Shown here: piece by piece, positions 50,359-63,111 of the stretch
Layout of the letters: every line of letters starts with the position of its first letter
Numbering within the stretch: position 1 is the stretch's first letter
Source of the DNA: Bilabrum cf. latius
Lineage: Eukaryota
Length of the DNA stretch: 64,000 nucleotides
Assembly (NCBI GenBank): GCA_965178125.1
Contig: OZ237750.1
Span: 1,054,001-1,118,000, forward strand
Direction: 5' to 3'
The notes under the pieces: model-generated
The model's database searches: none
What the model was told of the DNA's origin: nothing
The model's input: the letters and a program-made list of their open reading frames with translations, nothing else
Position numbers and translations under genes: made by a program

Positions 50359-51982
50359 ATGGAAGTTGCTCGCACTTTTGCAACGAATGCTTTCGTTGCT
50401 GCGGATACGTTTGTCAAGGAACAGTATGCTGCGAATCCTGTTGTCGTGACGGTAAGTTGTAGTAGTTAATTGATGTTGGGGGACATGATCCTATCGCCGC
50501 ACCTCCAACGTTGTCTGTTTTGAGATTGCATCAAAGCAAAACATGAAGTGCTCCAGCTTTCACAATAATTTTGATCGAATATCTCTCACTGGAACGCGAC
50601 TTCGACAAGATTGCGATCGCTCCGGCGCGGCCCATGGGTGATTGTTTATTAACCTTGGTCCCCATCCTTGTGTTGGCTTGCGGAGATCAGCATGCTGCTA
50701 GGTGACTCTTCATTGCGATAAGCAAGGTCTTGATAGCTTGGTGTTTTCCTACTGAATCGTTTTGCAGATGATCGGGGTCGCTGTGGCGTCGCTTATCCTG
50801 TATATCATCGTGGAGAAGAGCTTCACTGGCGGGCTGGGGCAGCGAGCTTCTTTTTTCACCACGAACTCGTCCATCGAAAACGTTGCTCAGCAGGCAGAGC
50901 TGTACACGAAGATGCACGACGAGGGCGGGGGCACTGAGGAGGATCGCGCTGAGAACAACGAGGAGATGGTGAACCAGTATTACAACCTGTCGACCGACTT
51001 CTACGAGGCTGGGTGGGGCTCATCGTTCCACTTCGCACCCCGGTGGAAGGACGAGTCATTTGAGCAGTCGCTCGTCCGGCACGAGCACTTCATCGGCATG
51101 CAGGCGGGCGCCAGCCAGGGCAAGAGGGTGCTGGACGTGGGCTGCGGAGTGGGCGGGCCGGCTCGCAACATCGCGCGGGTGTCGCGCGCGGAGGTCGTGG
51201 GACTGAACAACAACGCGTACCAGTGCCGCCGCGGCGCCGCGTGGAACAAGGTGGAGGGTCTCCAGGGGCTTGTGTCATTCGTGAACGGGAGCTTCCTGGA
51301 CATGCCCTTCGAGGACGAGGAGTTCGACGGGGCATACGCCATCGAGGCTACCTGCCATGCGGCGGACCGCGTGAAGTGCTACAGCGAGGTGTTCCGCGTG
51401 CTCAAGCCCGGGGCTGCCTTCGCGGCGTACGAGTGGTGCATGGTGGAGGGCTGGTATGACGAGAGCAACGAGTAGCACCGCAGCATCAAGGCCGGCATCG
51501 AGATCGGAGACGGGCTGCCCAACATCTTGTACACCAAGGAGATCCTGGAGGCCCTCGAGGAGTCCGGCTTCGAGATCGAGGAGGAGGCAGACCTCGCGGC
51601 CCCAGGGAACCCCAAGCGGCCCGGCGCCTCGGACGGCAAGGACGGGCCGACGATCCCGTGGTTCGACGTGTTCCGGCCTTCCTTCTTCAACTCCTTCCGC
51701 CAGTTCCAGCTGACGCTCCCCGGGATCACCGCCACGCACGTGCTGGTGGTATTTCTCGAGCTGCTGGGCCTGGCCCCCAAGGGCACTGCGCTCATGCACT
51801 CCAACCTGTGCAGGGCCGCAGAGACGCTGCTGGCGGGAGGAGAGCTCAACATTTTCACGCCGTCCTACTACTTCCGCGCGCGCAAGCCCCTGGACGCGAC
51901 TAGCGACTCTAGCGAGAAGGCAGGCTCCAAGGCCGACAAGAGCAGGCAGCGCTCCGGCTCCCGGGCCCGGTCGTCGCAGTGA
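50359..51982 (+). CDS. SMT1: Sterol C-24 methyltransferase; intron 50452-50767
   Basis: YYNLSTDFYEAGWGSSFHFAPR, LDVGCGVGGPAR, YAIEATCHA, NE*HRSIKAGIEIGDGLP, GGELNIFTP; TAG at 51473-51475. Confidence 0.92.
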
Positions 51983-52087
51983 TCGCTGCCGCTGCCAGGC
52001 TGATCCCCGCGAGGGGCTCATGAGAAGAAATGCCGCTGCAATGAGCTCTTAGCTGTGAATGAAACGATAGATCAGGGGTCCAATGTG

Positions 52088-55000
52088 TCAATGGCCAGCA
52101 GCGTACTAGTCTGTTTCCAGAGAATAAGATTAGTAATAGTAGACACGCTTTTATCACTTACGTTTCAATGTCCCAGCCGGCACTACATGAGGCTTCGGCC
52201 AAGACCAAACCTACGACTTGCCCGCGCCTGCTTGGCTAGAGGACTTTCCTTCCGGAGACTATTCCGGCGACGCCTCGGGGTGCATCACTGCGTCCGCCTC
52301 TCGCAAAGCAGCCTTCATGGCCTTGTCCAGCTCGCCTTCCACGTCGTGTCGCGCTTCTGTGGCGGACCTCTCCAGCAACGCGTTCCCTGATGGTTGCAGA
52401 ACCACATCTGGCTTGCCGGTTCCCCCAGGGTTGGAGACAGAGATCGTGACCCCGCCCTTACCCGCGCTTATCCTAACCAAATCGTGGGCCTCGCTGGTAC
52501 CCGCTTCACCCTCCGCAGCGACGGCGATGGGTGATGCCGGCACGGACCCCCCCAAAGTTACTGCCCCCTCCTCCTCAACCTTCCCATTGGAAATGTAGGG
52601 AGCCTATGTGGTGCCCCCCTCGGCAGAGCTCAGCACAGGAGCCACGTCCGCCTCGATCTGCTCCCCAGCATCCCCAGAGCCAATCTCTGCCTCCGTTTGC
52701 TCACCTGCTGCACCATCGGGTGAAAAAGCATCCGCCTCCTCCTCCTCCTCCCCAGCTGCAGCCGATTCGGATTGCCCTGAAGAAGCACTGCTGCCTTCAT
52801 CCTCCCCAGCCTGCTATGCATCTGCCTCTTCGTCGCCTCCGTCCTCAGGTGCGCCGCTAGAATTTTCTACCTTCATCTCACCGTCCCTCTTCTGCTCCTC
52901 GCCCTCGCCCTCGGCTGCTACATCGCTGGAACCGGCCAGCTCAGCACCAGCCTGTCCATCCGCGCCTGCCGCACTCCCTGCCTCGCCCTCTGCGTGCTCC
53001 AGGGCACTCAGGATGGCCTGCGTGGCAGCCTCGGCCACTCGGCCCGCTGACCCTGGCACTGGCCCTGACTGGCCAGCACTGGCTGCAAGTGGTCCGAGGG
53101 GGGCAGCTACACCCTAAGCTGCATTCAGACAGTCGCAAGCATCCGCCTGCAGCGACGAAGCCTACCCGCAGTCGCACACTGGACGTTGCGAGGGGCATGC
53201 ATCGCCGCAAGACGCAGGATCCGTCCCCCCGCAGGCTGCAGAATCATCCCCAACCCCGCCCCCGATTCCCCCTTCCTAGGGACAGGACCGCCTCACCGAC
53301 ACGAACCGCTCAGTCTCGCCCTCAGGCTGACCCTGACCCTCGCCTCCCACAGCGCCCCCCGCGGCATGTGCCTCCTTCGTGGCAGCCTCCACCGACTCAG
53401 TCCCGTTCTGCCGTACCGCCCCTGCCAGGTCCTCCACAGCAGCCCTTCCGTACTACGCCCCCAGCTTGACTGCCAGCGCAAGGGCCTCCTTGCCTTCCCC
53501 GTGGGCTTCCATCGCCTCGCGCGCGGCGCGCACCGCCTCGGCCGCCCCCAGCAGAGCCCCGTCCCGCGCTCCGTGGGACAAGGAGGCCATGCCCATCACG
53601 CGAGCCCCCACGCGGGCGCCCGCGTGCGTGGCAGCGGCAAGAATATCCTCCGGGATGCCCTCCACGTTGATCTTGCTGGCGATCTGCTTCACCAAATTAC
53701 TGCGTTCACCCTCGCCAGACGTCTGCTCCAAGATCTCCAGCGCCTTGCGGACACGCTCGTGTCTGCGGAGCGTCTCCTCGTTCGGATACAGCTGCTGGTC
53801 CACGTCGGGGTGGTCGCCCTTGCCAAGGATGTCCCGGGCCTTGTCCAAAGCCTGCTAGGTGCGGTTCTGGCTGGCCAGTGCTGCGCGGTACACACCGCTG
53901 ATCCGCTCCCTGCGCTCCCCCTCCGACTCTGTGGGGGCGTTGGCACCCACGGGCTCGCTCGCCTTGTCGGCCACCTGCTGCACCTCCTCGGCGAGACTGT
54001 CGCCTGCGCTCTCCAGCTCACTCGCGACATCAGCCGACGGGCCGTTGTTCTTCTCCTCGCCGACATCTCCCGCCAGCAGCTGGGCGGCCGCGAGCGCGTT
54101 GTGTCGGCGGGCGCGCCTCGCCCCGGCCCTAGACCGCAGCACCCTGACAGAGGCCTGTTGCTAAAGCAGCATTGCCCCTGTAGGCGGGGGCAGCTGCTCG
54201 GCATCTCCAGTGGAAGCGGAGGGCTCTTCGCTGGAGCTCGTCGATGCAGGTGTCGCGGTGCTGTTGCTGGCTGACTCAGTCGTATCGCCCTCGCTTTCTT
54301 CTTGGCCCTCGCCCTCGCCCGCGCTCTTGCCCAAGTTGTCAGCCACCTCTGTGGCGTGGTGCAGCCGCTCGAGTGCCTCTGCAATGGCGTCCTCCTCCTT
54401 GCTCTTCGTGCCCCCTGCAGCGAACGGGCTCTCCTTCAGCCCGGCCTGCTCTTCTGCCTTCTGGTTCGCATAGTCACCTGCGCTCTGGCCGGGGGCTCGC
54501 TTGACCGGCTGCTTGATCACAGTGCCTGCGGGTGACTGCTCATCCTTTCCAACGGAGAACACACCGGACAAATCATGAGATGCCTCGTCGGCAGGAGTAG
54601 TCGGCTTATAGGGGCCATCCTCGGCTTTATTCTCCTCCTCACCGGCACCCTCGGCACCATCGGCCTTGTTCTCCTCCTCACCGGCACCCTCGGCATCCTC
54701 GGCCTTGTTCTCCTCCTCACCGGCACCCTCGGCCTTGTTCTCCTCCTCACCGGCACCCTCGGCACCCTCGGCCTTGTTCTCCTCCTCACCGGCACCCTCG
54801 GCATCCTCGGCCTTGTTCTCCTCCTCACCGGCACCCTCGGCACCCTCGGCCTTGTTCTCCTCCTCACCGGCACCCTCGGCACCCTCGGCCTTGTTCTCCT
54901 CCTCACCGGCACCCTCGGCCTTGTTCTCCTCCTCACCGGCACCCTCAGCCTTGTTCTCCTCCTCACCGGCACCCTCGGCACCCTCGGCCTTGTTCTCCTC

Positions 55001-58000
55001 CTCACCGGCACCCTCGGCATCCTCGGCCTTGTTCTCCTCCTCACCGGCACCCTCGGCCTTGTTCTCCTCCTCACCGGCACCCTCGGCACCCTCGGCCTTG
55101 TTCTCCTCCTCACCGGCACCCTCGGCATCCTCGGCCTTGTTCTCTTCCTCACCGGCACCCTCGGCCTTGTTCTCCTCCTCACCGGCACCCTCGGCACCCT
55201 CGGCCTTGTTCTCCTCCTCACCGGCACCCTCGGCACCCTCGGCCTTGTTCTCCTCCTCACCGGCACCCTCGGCCTTGTTCTCCTCCTCACCGGCACCCTC
55301 GGCACCCTCGGCCTTGTTCTCCTCCTCACCGGCACCCTCGGCACCCTCGGCCTTGTTCTCCTCCTCGCCAGCACCAGCACCAGCATCTTCCTCCTTCGGC
55401 AAGCTGTTCTCAGGGTCCGCCCCAGAAGCGCTCTGCAGCCAAGTCCTCGCCGACCGGAACCTCTGCATCAGGGAAGGCTGAGACTACCCCGGGCCCGTCT
55501 GCTCGTCCTGCGCCTTCATGAGCGCCAGCTGGCTGGAAATACCGGCCATCGCGCCCTCATCACCGGATGCCACCTTCGTAGCGGCAGCTGCTGCGTCTTG
55601 CGCCGCGCTCTTGGAGGCATCCACGGCGGCGCGGAGAGCGTCCAGCTCCGACCCCGGCCCCGCCAACTCGTCCAGCACGCTCCCAGCAGCAGCTTCGTCT
55701 TCTGCATCGTCCTCTCCCACAGGGACAGGGGTAGACCCGTCGATGGCAGCCACTGCTCGGGTGAGCTTCCGGCTGACGCGGGCCATGAAGTGCACGTAGT
55801 GTGCCTCAGCGGTGGCGAGGTCGTGGAGAGCTCGAGCGGCGCGGCTCTGTGCGATGGCGCTGTGAAGGGCAGCCTCCACCTCGTGCGCGGGGGCATGCTG
55901 CTTCTCGGCCCTCGTGGCGTCCTGTACCGCCTTGCCCGCCAGGCGCATCTGGGCGGCCAGCTCGCGGGCTGACCGAGCCGACCTGCGTCGAGCCTCCGCC
56001 AGTCGCTGCTCCGCCACGGCCTATGCCACATCCGCTTCGTGTCGGGCGTCCGTCTTGACGCCCTCCAGGTGCCGGCCAGCCATGCGTGCCTGCCGGTCCG
56101 CCTCCACCGCAGCCTCCTCTAGCTTAGCCGCCTTGCGCTTGAGCGCAGCCGCTTCCTGGCTCCGCTGCTGGGAGGTCTAAAGTTGACGGATCACGTCTTC
56201 GGAGGCGGCGTCCCAATCAGTGCTGTCAGCTCCTGCATCGGCGGCCAACACATTGGCAGTGGCAGGGGCAGAGGCATCCAGGTCGCCAAAGGCCTCCTCC
56301 GGCGTGGGCGCAGCGGCTGCAGGTTCCTGGCCGGTCGCATCACCGACTGCGACCCCACCTTCCTCTTGATCGGCGACGGGCTCCTCTAGCCCACCCCTGA
56401 GCTGCGCGAGAATGGAACCTTCCGTATCCACCCCATCAGGCGTGTATGGCTCTTCATCGCCTGCAGATGGCAACACGTCCAGCTCCCCTCCTGCCACCGC
56501 GTGCGACTTCACTCCTAGCGCCTCCGACGCGCCATCCACAGCTGAATCAGCAGCTGTTCTCAGGTGGCTCTGCACCTGCGCGCTGGCTCCCTCCGCTGAT
56601 GACACAGCAACGTGTGCATCCCGAAGCGCCTTGAGCAGGTCGGCCTTGGCGGCGTCTGCAGCTGCCCTTGTGCTTGCTGCGGTCTTGAGCTTGGCCTCGA
56701 GGTCGGCCTGCGCGCTGGCCACGCTGCGCCTCCAATTTCCTATGGTGCGGTCGATCTGCTCCCCAATTCGCTTCTCCGCCTGCTGCTCGGCGGCCTTGTA
56801 GGCCTCAGGAGCCGCCGAGGGGGCGGGGGTGGGCGACGAGCTGCCTGCCTGCTGCGAATCTTCGCCGGCAGGAGCTGCCTCCTAGCTGGCGCCTTCCACC
56901 GTCAGATTGGTAGATGCCGCGTCAGCCTCAGCCTCAGAGGCCTGACCTCCTCCTCCCGCTGAGGCTGGTGTTGAATCTTCCTGCTGCCCTTGTCCCTGCC
57001 CCTCTGCGCCACCGGGCTCTGGTGACTTGCCACCGATTACAGAGGGCTCTTTGCCATCAGAGGGCTCTTTGATTTGAGATGCCTGGCTGATGGGAGGAGA
57101 GCTACCATCGGCACCAGCACCAGCACCAGCACCAGCACCGGCACCGGCACCGGCATCGGCACCAGGTGCACCGTCCATTCCCGAGGCGTGCTCTTCTTGC
57201 TCCGGGTCCTACTGGGCCCCGATGCCTTTCTCTTGCGATTCGGTCTCTTGCACGCCGCCCTGTTCAGATGCTGCCGAGGCAACCGCTTGCTATGGATCGC
57301 CTTCCCCTTCCTCTGCTTCGCCGCCTGCCTCCTCGGCATCGGGAGTCGCATTTTCCTCTGCCTGAAGGGCGCCTGCTGCCCGCAGGGCGTCTTCCTTCTG
57401 CCGCGCTGCAGCACTGGCTGCATCTTCTGCCTCCTTCCGTTTAGACAGGGCTTCCTTCTGGGCCTCCTGGGCCACTCGCATGGCCTCCTTGGCCTCTGCC
57501 ATCTGGGCATCAGCCTCTGATAGGACTGAGTTGGCCTCAGATTCACGCTCCTCCGCAGCCTCTGCAGCTGCTAGTGCCTGCTGCTAGACTTGCTACTCGT
57601 GCTCCTGCTACTCTGCTCTGGACTACGCATCTTCCATCTCGGCCTGTCGTTGATCGACTGCATCGCGCTGCTACTACTCGTTCCTATTGGGGAGCTCCGT
57701 CGCAGACTGTTCGTCAGCACCAGTCTAAGCATCTCCATTGTCAGTTTCTTGCTCATTATCGGCGCTGCTGTCAGTATCCTCTTCATCTCGTCGTCGGGTA
57801 CCAACGGAGCTTTCTGCGACAGCAACAGCATAGCGAGAGATCATCGAAGTCAACAACAACATCAGCACCGATCGAAACAAACGAGATCTGCGAAATTTTT
57901 CTCACTAATAAAGCTGAGCTCTTCAGATGCCACTGTTAAGAGCTGCATCGCAGAAGGCATTGGGAGGCCTGCGAATGAATTGGATTGAATATCTAGAAAG

Positions 58001-58167
58001 GGGGATTCAATAGGACTTGCAAGACAAACAGAGCTCACATACGATCGCAACTGTTAGTTTCACGCGAACTCACGGGATCCTCTCAGCGAAACGGGCTCAG
58101 CAAACCCAGCACAAGCTAGCAATGCAGCGGCTACCACGCATCCCAGCGCTTGCAGCGGCACTCGCAT
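52088..58167 (-). CDS. Large secreted acidic Ala/Glu-rich repeat protein (~1950 aa); introns 57993-58073, 57814-57905, probably 52111-52161
   Basis: Signal peptide MRVPLQALGCVVAAALLACAGFA; nine same-frame ORFs joined by TAG; coiled-coil segments, tandem repeat and a Cys-rich module near 53120-53290. Confidence 0.68.
54620..55370 (-). repeat. Coding minisatellite, 30/39-nt units (EEENKAEGAG / EEENKAEGAEGAG), about 20 copies
   Basis: Repeated ccttgttctcctcctcaccggcaccctcgg. Confidence 0.95.
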
Positions 58168-58301
58168 GGTGATCAGTCCTGCTTACTCTTTCCCGGTGCC
58201 CAAGATGCTTTAAAATATCGTGTTACTCCAAAATTCTGCTGCGTATTGGAGAAGGCGGTTCACCAAGCCAATGGTTTGCCTCCCTAGGCGGATAGCCAGC
58301 G

Positions 58302-58389
58302 CTGTACAGAAATACAGAAAATACAGAAATACATTGTTGGGTAAAGATTCCGCTGTATACAGAAAATACATTGTTGGGTAAAGATTCCA
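58302..58389. repeat. Imperfect ~40-bp tandem duplication in a divergent intergenic region
   Basis: acagaaa(a)tacattgttgggtaaagattcc occurs twice, preceded by acagaaa(a)t sub-repeats. Confidence 0.75.
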
Positions 58390-58648
58390 CAAGCACCCAG
58401 ATGCACCGTTGCCCCCGAAGGAGTTCGAGTGATCACCTGAATCCAGAGGAGTCCTCAAACAAGGACTACAAGACCCCCGACCCTTTCAGCTGTGGGATTT
58501 CTCTTTGTTGCGTGTGTTTAACGAAAATGTCGCGCATTGTTGCGAGCAAGTCGAGCACCACAATCCGATTAAATTTGGCCTCGCAGTAAAACCTTCAACA
58601 CCAAGTTGTGCATATTTCGGGAGCGGCTGCTCGTCCGACGAAGCTATC

Positions 58649-59831
58649 ATGTCAAAGCTGTACCTGGGCCAATTGAGGCCTGATATAACGCAAAGGGAGA
58701 TTGAGGATGCATTCGCAAAGTTTGGGCCGATCGACAACCTTTGGATTGCAAGGAAGCCACCAGGTTTTGCATACCTGACATACGCTGAAGAAAAGGATGC
58801 CGCTGAGGCTATGAGAGTCATGGATGGAGCAGACGTTGGAGGCCGCCCGTGAGTGTCAAGTTTCAACGAGAAAGTGTTGCGAATTATGACCTGTCGCAAT
58901 TGAATGTGGCTCCCACAACTGTTCATTTTGACGCAGCGTGCGAGTTGAGGTTGCAAAAGCAGGAAAAAAGGAACGGCGGCCTCGTGGCCGTCCAGGGCCT
59001 GGTTACGGTGGAGATCGGGGTCCGCCGCCGCGCCGGTTTGATGACGCCCCTCGAGGAGGGCACTACGCACCTCGATATGACGACCGTGGTGCACCACCCC
59101 CCAGATATGACGACCGTGGTGCACCACCCCCCAGATATGACGACCGCGGTGCGCCGCCTGCGAGGTATGACGACCGCGGCGCACCGCCTGCGAGGTACGA
59201 CGACCACGGTGCGCCGCCTGCGAGGTACGACGACCGCGGTGCGCCGCCTGCGAGGTATGACGACCGCGGTGCGCCGCCTGCGAGGTACGACGACCGCGGC
59301 GCGCCGCCTGCGAGGTACGACGACCGTGGCGCGCCGCCTGCGAGGTACGACGACCGTGGCACGCCGCCTGCGAGGTACGACGACCGCGGCGCGCCGCCTG
59401 CGAGGTATGACGACCGCGGTGCGCCGCCTGCGAGGTACGACGACCGCGGCGCGCCGCCTGCGAGGTACGACGACCGCGGTGCGCCGCCTGCGAGGTACGA
59501 CGACCGTGGTGCGCCGCCTGCGAGGTACGACGACCGTGGTGCGCCGCCTGCGAGGTACGACGACCGTGGTGCGCCGCCTGCGAGGTACGACGACCGTGGC
59601 GCCCCGCCTGTTGATGGAAGTGCTCCACCCGCCAGGTACGACGATCACGGCGCTCCTCCTGCACGCGAGGTCGGAAGGGAGGCTGTCGAGGTGATTTTGC
59701 CAACTTCAACAGATCCAGCTGGTGGAGAGCGTGACTTCAGAAGAGCACCACCTGACAGGGACGGGGACTTCAGAAGGGCACCAGCTGACAGGGATGGATC
59801 AGCAGTGGCTCCAGACGGAGGTCTGCACTGA
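58649..59831 (+). CDS. SRSF3/7-like RRM protein with RYDDRGAPP repeat tail; intron 58849-58937
   Basis: KLYLGQL...EIEDAFAKFGPIDNLWIARKPPGFAYLTY...DAAEA..MDG...|VRVEVA; TGA stop. Confidence 0.85.
59070..59665 (+). repeat. Coding 30-nt tandem repeat (RYDDRGAPPA), about 19 copies
   Basis: Repeated cgaggtacgacgaccgcggtgcgccgcctg. Confidence 0.95.
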
Positions 59832-60070
59832 GCCATTCCATTTACACGGCAGTGTAATTCGATGGCGGCCGACGAGTCATTGATTCGGAGAAACCCGGTA
59901 CACTGCACCGCACTACACTTGCCAACCGACACAAGACTGGTACCTGCGGGTAACCAGCTTACGACGCAAGTCATTCGCCGCTGCTGTTGATTTTCTTCAG
60001 GTACAACTTAGGCTGCTCCATCGCGTGGCCTCCTTCGCCCAGCAAACGCCGCGACAGCGCCATCACCACA

Positions 60071-60795
60071 TTATTGGCGCCCGGATCCGCTGCCACTGCC
60101 TTCGCCAGGCTACTCCGGCCCCAGCACGCCCTTCTTCAAGATGATATTTCCGTACAGTGCCGACTCGCCGGTCGCTACGACGCAGTACGCCTGTTTCGCT
60201 CGCTCGTAGAAAGCAAATCGTTCCACCTGATCGAACGGGACGGCCCGGCCCTCAGCTTCGTCGACAATACTTCGGTAGTCCGCCCAAATAGGAGTTTGCA
60301 TGCCCTAGTCAACGTGCATCTACATCATCTGCATCAGAGTGCACGGTGTGCTCGAATCGTCGAGCGGCATTAGCTCAAGGATACCTCGAAGGATCTTCGG
60401 GATGCCGTGTCCGTCGGCTCTGATCACGCCACCAGGCGTGCAAGCACCGACCGACTCGCTCGGAAAGTTGGCATCCGCCAACACAATTTCATCTCCTGCG
60501 GCACGTCGAGTGTAATAATTCCACCCACTGGCACTGATATGCACAGACTGCAGCGGCACGGAATCCATCCGGGCATCCCAAATGTGGCAAGCCCACCATG
60601 GACAACACATGATAGAGTGATATGATTCTCGTTTACAGTCGTGGGTACAGTACATTCCTAGTTTTCTTTGGATGCCGAGTCGGTAATACCGACTCGGTAC
60701 TGAAACACAAGCGCGATCTTACCGTGTCCAGCTCTTGCAAGCATGTATAGAAGCCGGGGAGAGAGAACACGAGGAATACGTTTAAGAATCGTCAT
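60071..60795 (-). CDS. FUOM: Fucose mutarotase (RbsD/FucU family); intron 60496-60722
   Basis: [33 protein letters not shown]...[33 protein letters not shown]; 3 TAGs; TAA stop. Confidence 0.92.
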
Positions 60796-61054
60796 CGGGA
60801 TAAACTAATCAGAGGCCAAAATGAAATCTTGCAATAGTATCCGCTGTTTTACAAGAGCCCTGGATAATCCGGAACCGAACCACGGCACAACGAACCAACA
60901 TCGGAGTGTGGCCCACCCTCAGCCGCTTCCCGGATAGGTTGAGATTGTACTCGCAGTCGACTGAATACTATTAGGTGTCCTTCAATACTGTGCCCAGTTT
61001 GGATTGGTAACTTTATCTCAGTAGTAGTTGGCTGGGTATCTGGACAGCGATACA

Positions 61055-62896
61055 ATGAGCGAGCTAGCAGACGACCCTCGGATTGGTATTGCCAAGGAAG
61101 CCATATCCAAACTTCGAAGTGCCATCTAGAGGCAGCGGGATAGGGCTCAGCGATTTCAGGTGAACTACTCGCCACCTGACGTATTGAAGGTTTTATCGAA
61201 AACGGAGCTATCTTGCGTCTTGCGCCACGCAAGCGACATTCCGGATGATGTTGCAGAGCTGCTGCAGTCGATGCAGCGGCGGATTGCGGGCGCAGGGAAG
61301 CCTGGCAGGCAAGGTGCCGCGGCAAGCGGTGAAGCGTTGGCTCTCGGATTTGACCCCAATTCAGAAGAGCAGATCAGGCGCCGCAAGGCTAGAGAGGCAA
61401 GATTTGCCGCGAGCGCCCCTTCCAAATAGTTAGGAGTGGATGCTGGAGATGCGGGCGCATTGATGAGGGCGCTTGATAGCTCGGTCACCGGCACGGCGGG
61501 TGCCTCGCACACGACAAGCGCAGACGACCTGGTAGAGCGCGCCGAGCGTGCTGCACAGGCATTGCTTCGCGCACCCGGTGAAGGAGCTGGCAGGGCGCGA
61601 CGAGAGCGAATGCTCTCTGCCCTAGACACGCCCCTGGGTGCGTCCACTGGCAGCAGCAGCGGGTCGTCCTCGAGTGCGGCCACAATCTCTGCCAGTACCT
61701 CCAGCTCCAGCTCTGGCAGCAGTGCCGCGGCAGGTGCAGGGGCAGAGGATGGCACTGACCCTAAGGAGTCGAAGCCTGCGGCGGGCGAGAACGAAGCCGC
61801 ATCTGAATCTGCACCGTCTTTGTCCTCGTCGCCGTCTTCGCCTCACGGAGTTGCCAGTGGTGTTGAGGTTGTGGAGGGCGACGCTGCCGTAGTGTCGGTG
61901 TCGGCGGGTGCACCCGCAGCTGCAGAGGGCTCGGCGAGCGACAAGCCGAAGCCTGAAGCCGCCAGCGATGCTCTGCAGAAAGCACGCGCAGAAGGGTGGC
62001 GGCCGGGCCTCGACTCGGCGGGCATACGCATGAGCGAGGAGGAGCGCAAGGCCCGGGGGATGGCTCTGCTTGGGGGCGGTGCTCCTTTGCGAGACGGGCT
62101 GCTGCTGATGGCGGGGGCCTACCTCTCGGCTGGCACGGGGGATATCCACCGGTTCCTGGGCAAGCACCACGTGAAGCCGGGGGGAATCGAGTGGCTCAAC
62201 GGGGAAAGCGTGGTGTGCTGGTTCCCGGACGAGGGCGCGGCGGGCCGGGCCATGGCATCTCTCAGCCAGCCCGTGCCCGTGGTGGACGGCGTGTCGCGGG
62301 TGCCCCCGGTGTGGAGGGAGGCGGTGCGTCCGCTAGTCAAGGGAAAGACGGACCGCTATGCGACCAAAGGCAAGCGCACCTTCGTGTGGATGCGACCCGC
62401 CACGGAGCACGACTCGGCAGACCGGACCGTGAGGACAAGGGGGGCTGGCTCGCACGGCACCCGCGCTGCGAGAGGGAGGGGGAGGGGGAAGGAGGCAGCC
62501 GGGAGAGGTGGCAGTCGGCGGGAGCGTGGTCGAGATGCAGCGGGCAGGTAGGGGTGGGTGAACGGCCGCAGTGAGGTCCGCCAAACGGCTGGCTCAAGGT
62601 CTGGCCCTGGCTCTGGCCCTGGTAGGGGCAGCGGTGGGCTGTCGCTATCGGAGCGGCTCATGCTGGGGCTCGAGGCATCCAGGCCAGGGACCGCAGGCGG
62701 GGCTTCCTCCGAGAAAAGCAGCTCCAGGAAAAGGAAAAGGGGCAGGGGGTTTGATTCGGGCGATACAGGGGGCAGCGCAGCCCCGGGCCCGCCTGGCGGC
62801 TCCAAGGCGGCCTCCTCGCAGGGCGCCGGCGGTCGCGAGGAGCCTTCAAGAAGATCGGACGAGCCGAGCGCCGCCAAGAAGGTTCGAACGGATTGA
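61055..62896 (+). CDS. NCBP3-like (nuclear cap-binding subunit 3 / DUF2414) protein
   Basis: TGDIHRFL...IEWLNGESVVCWFPDEGAAGRAMASL...W...KRTFVWMRPAT..D; RRKAREARF. Joined across 3 TAGs; TGA stop. Confidence 0.65.
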
Positions 62897-63111
62897 AATC
62901 CATGCAGGTGCATTGTCCAATGCGTTTGGGTGTGCAAGTGGCAAATCAAATGTTTTGCGTGTATTCAATTACACACGAATCCCGGGCGGCAGAGCATACT
63001 TGCCGGCCACCCTCTGCAGGAACTGCGGGGGAAACGCCGACGAGGGTCTCCACACAAGCAGGGGGAACACGCATCCAATCGCAATCCCGTTGAGCGCGGA
63101 CGATATTCCTC

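Noticed and set aside
54575-55972. Long plus-strand hydrophobic ORF and other alternative frames of the repeat
   Set aside because: Shadow frames of a stop-free tandem repeat; the minus-strand acidic frame is continuous with the flanking gene.
59070-59665. CRISPR-like array
   Set aside because: Contiguous 30-nt units with no unique spacers, in frame in a eukaryotic CDS, and no cas genes.
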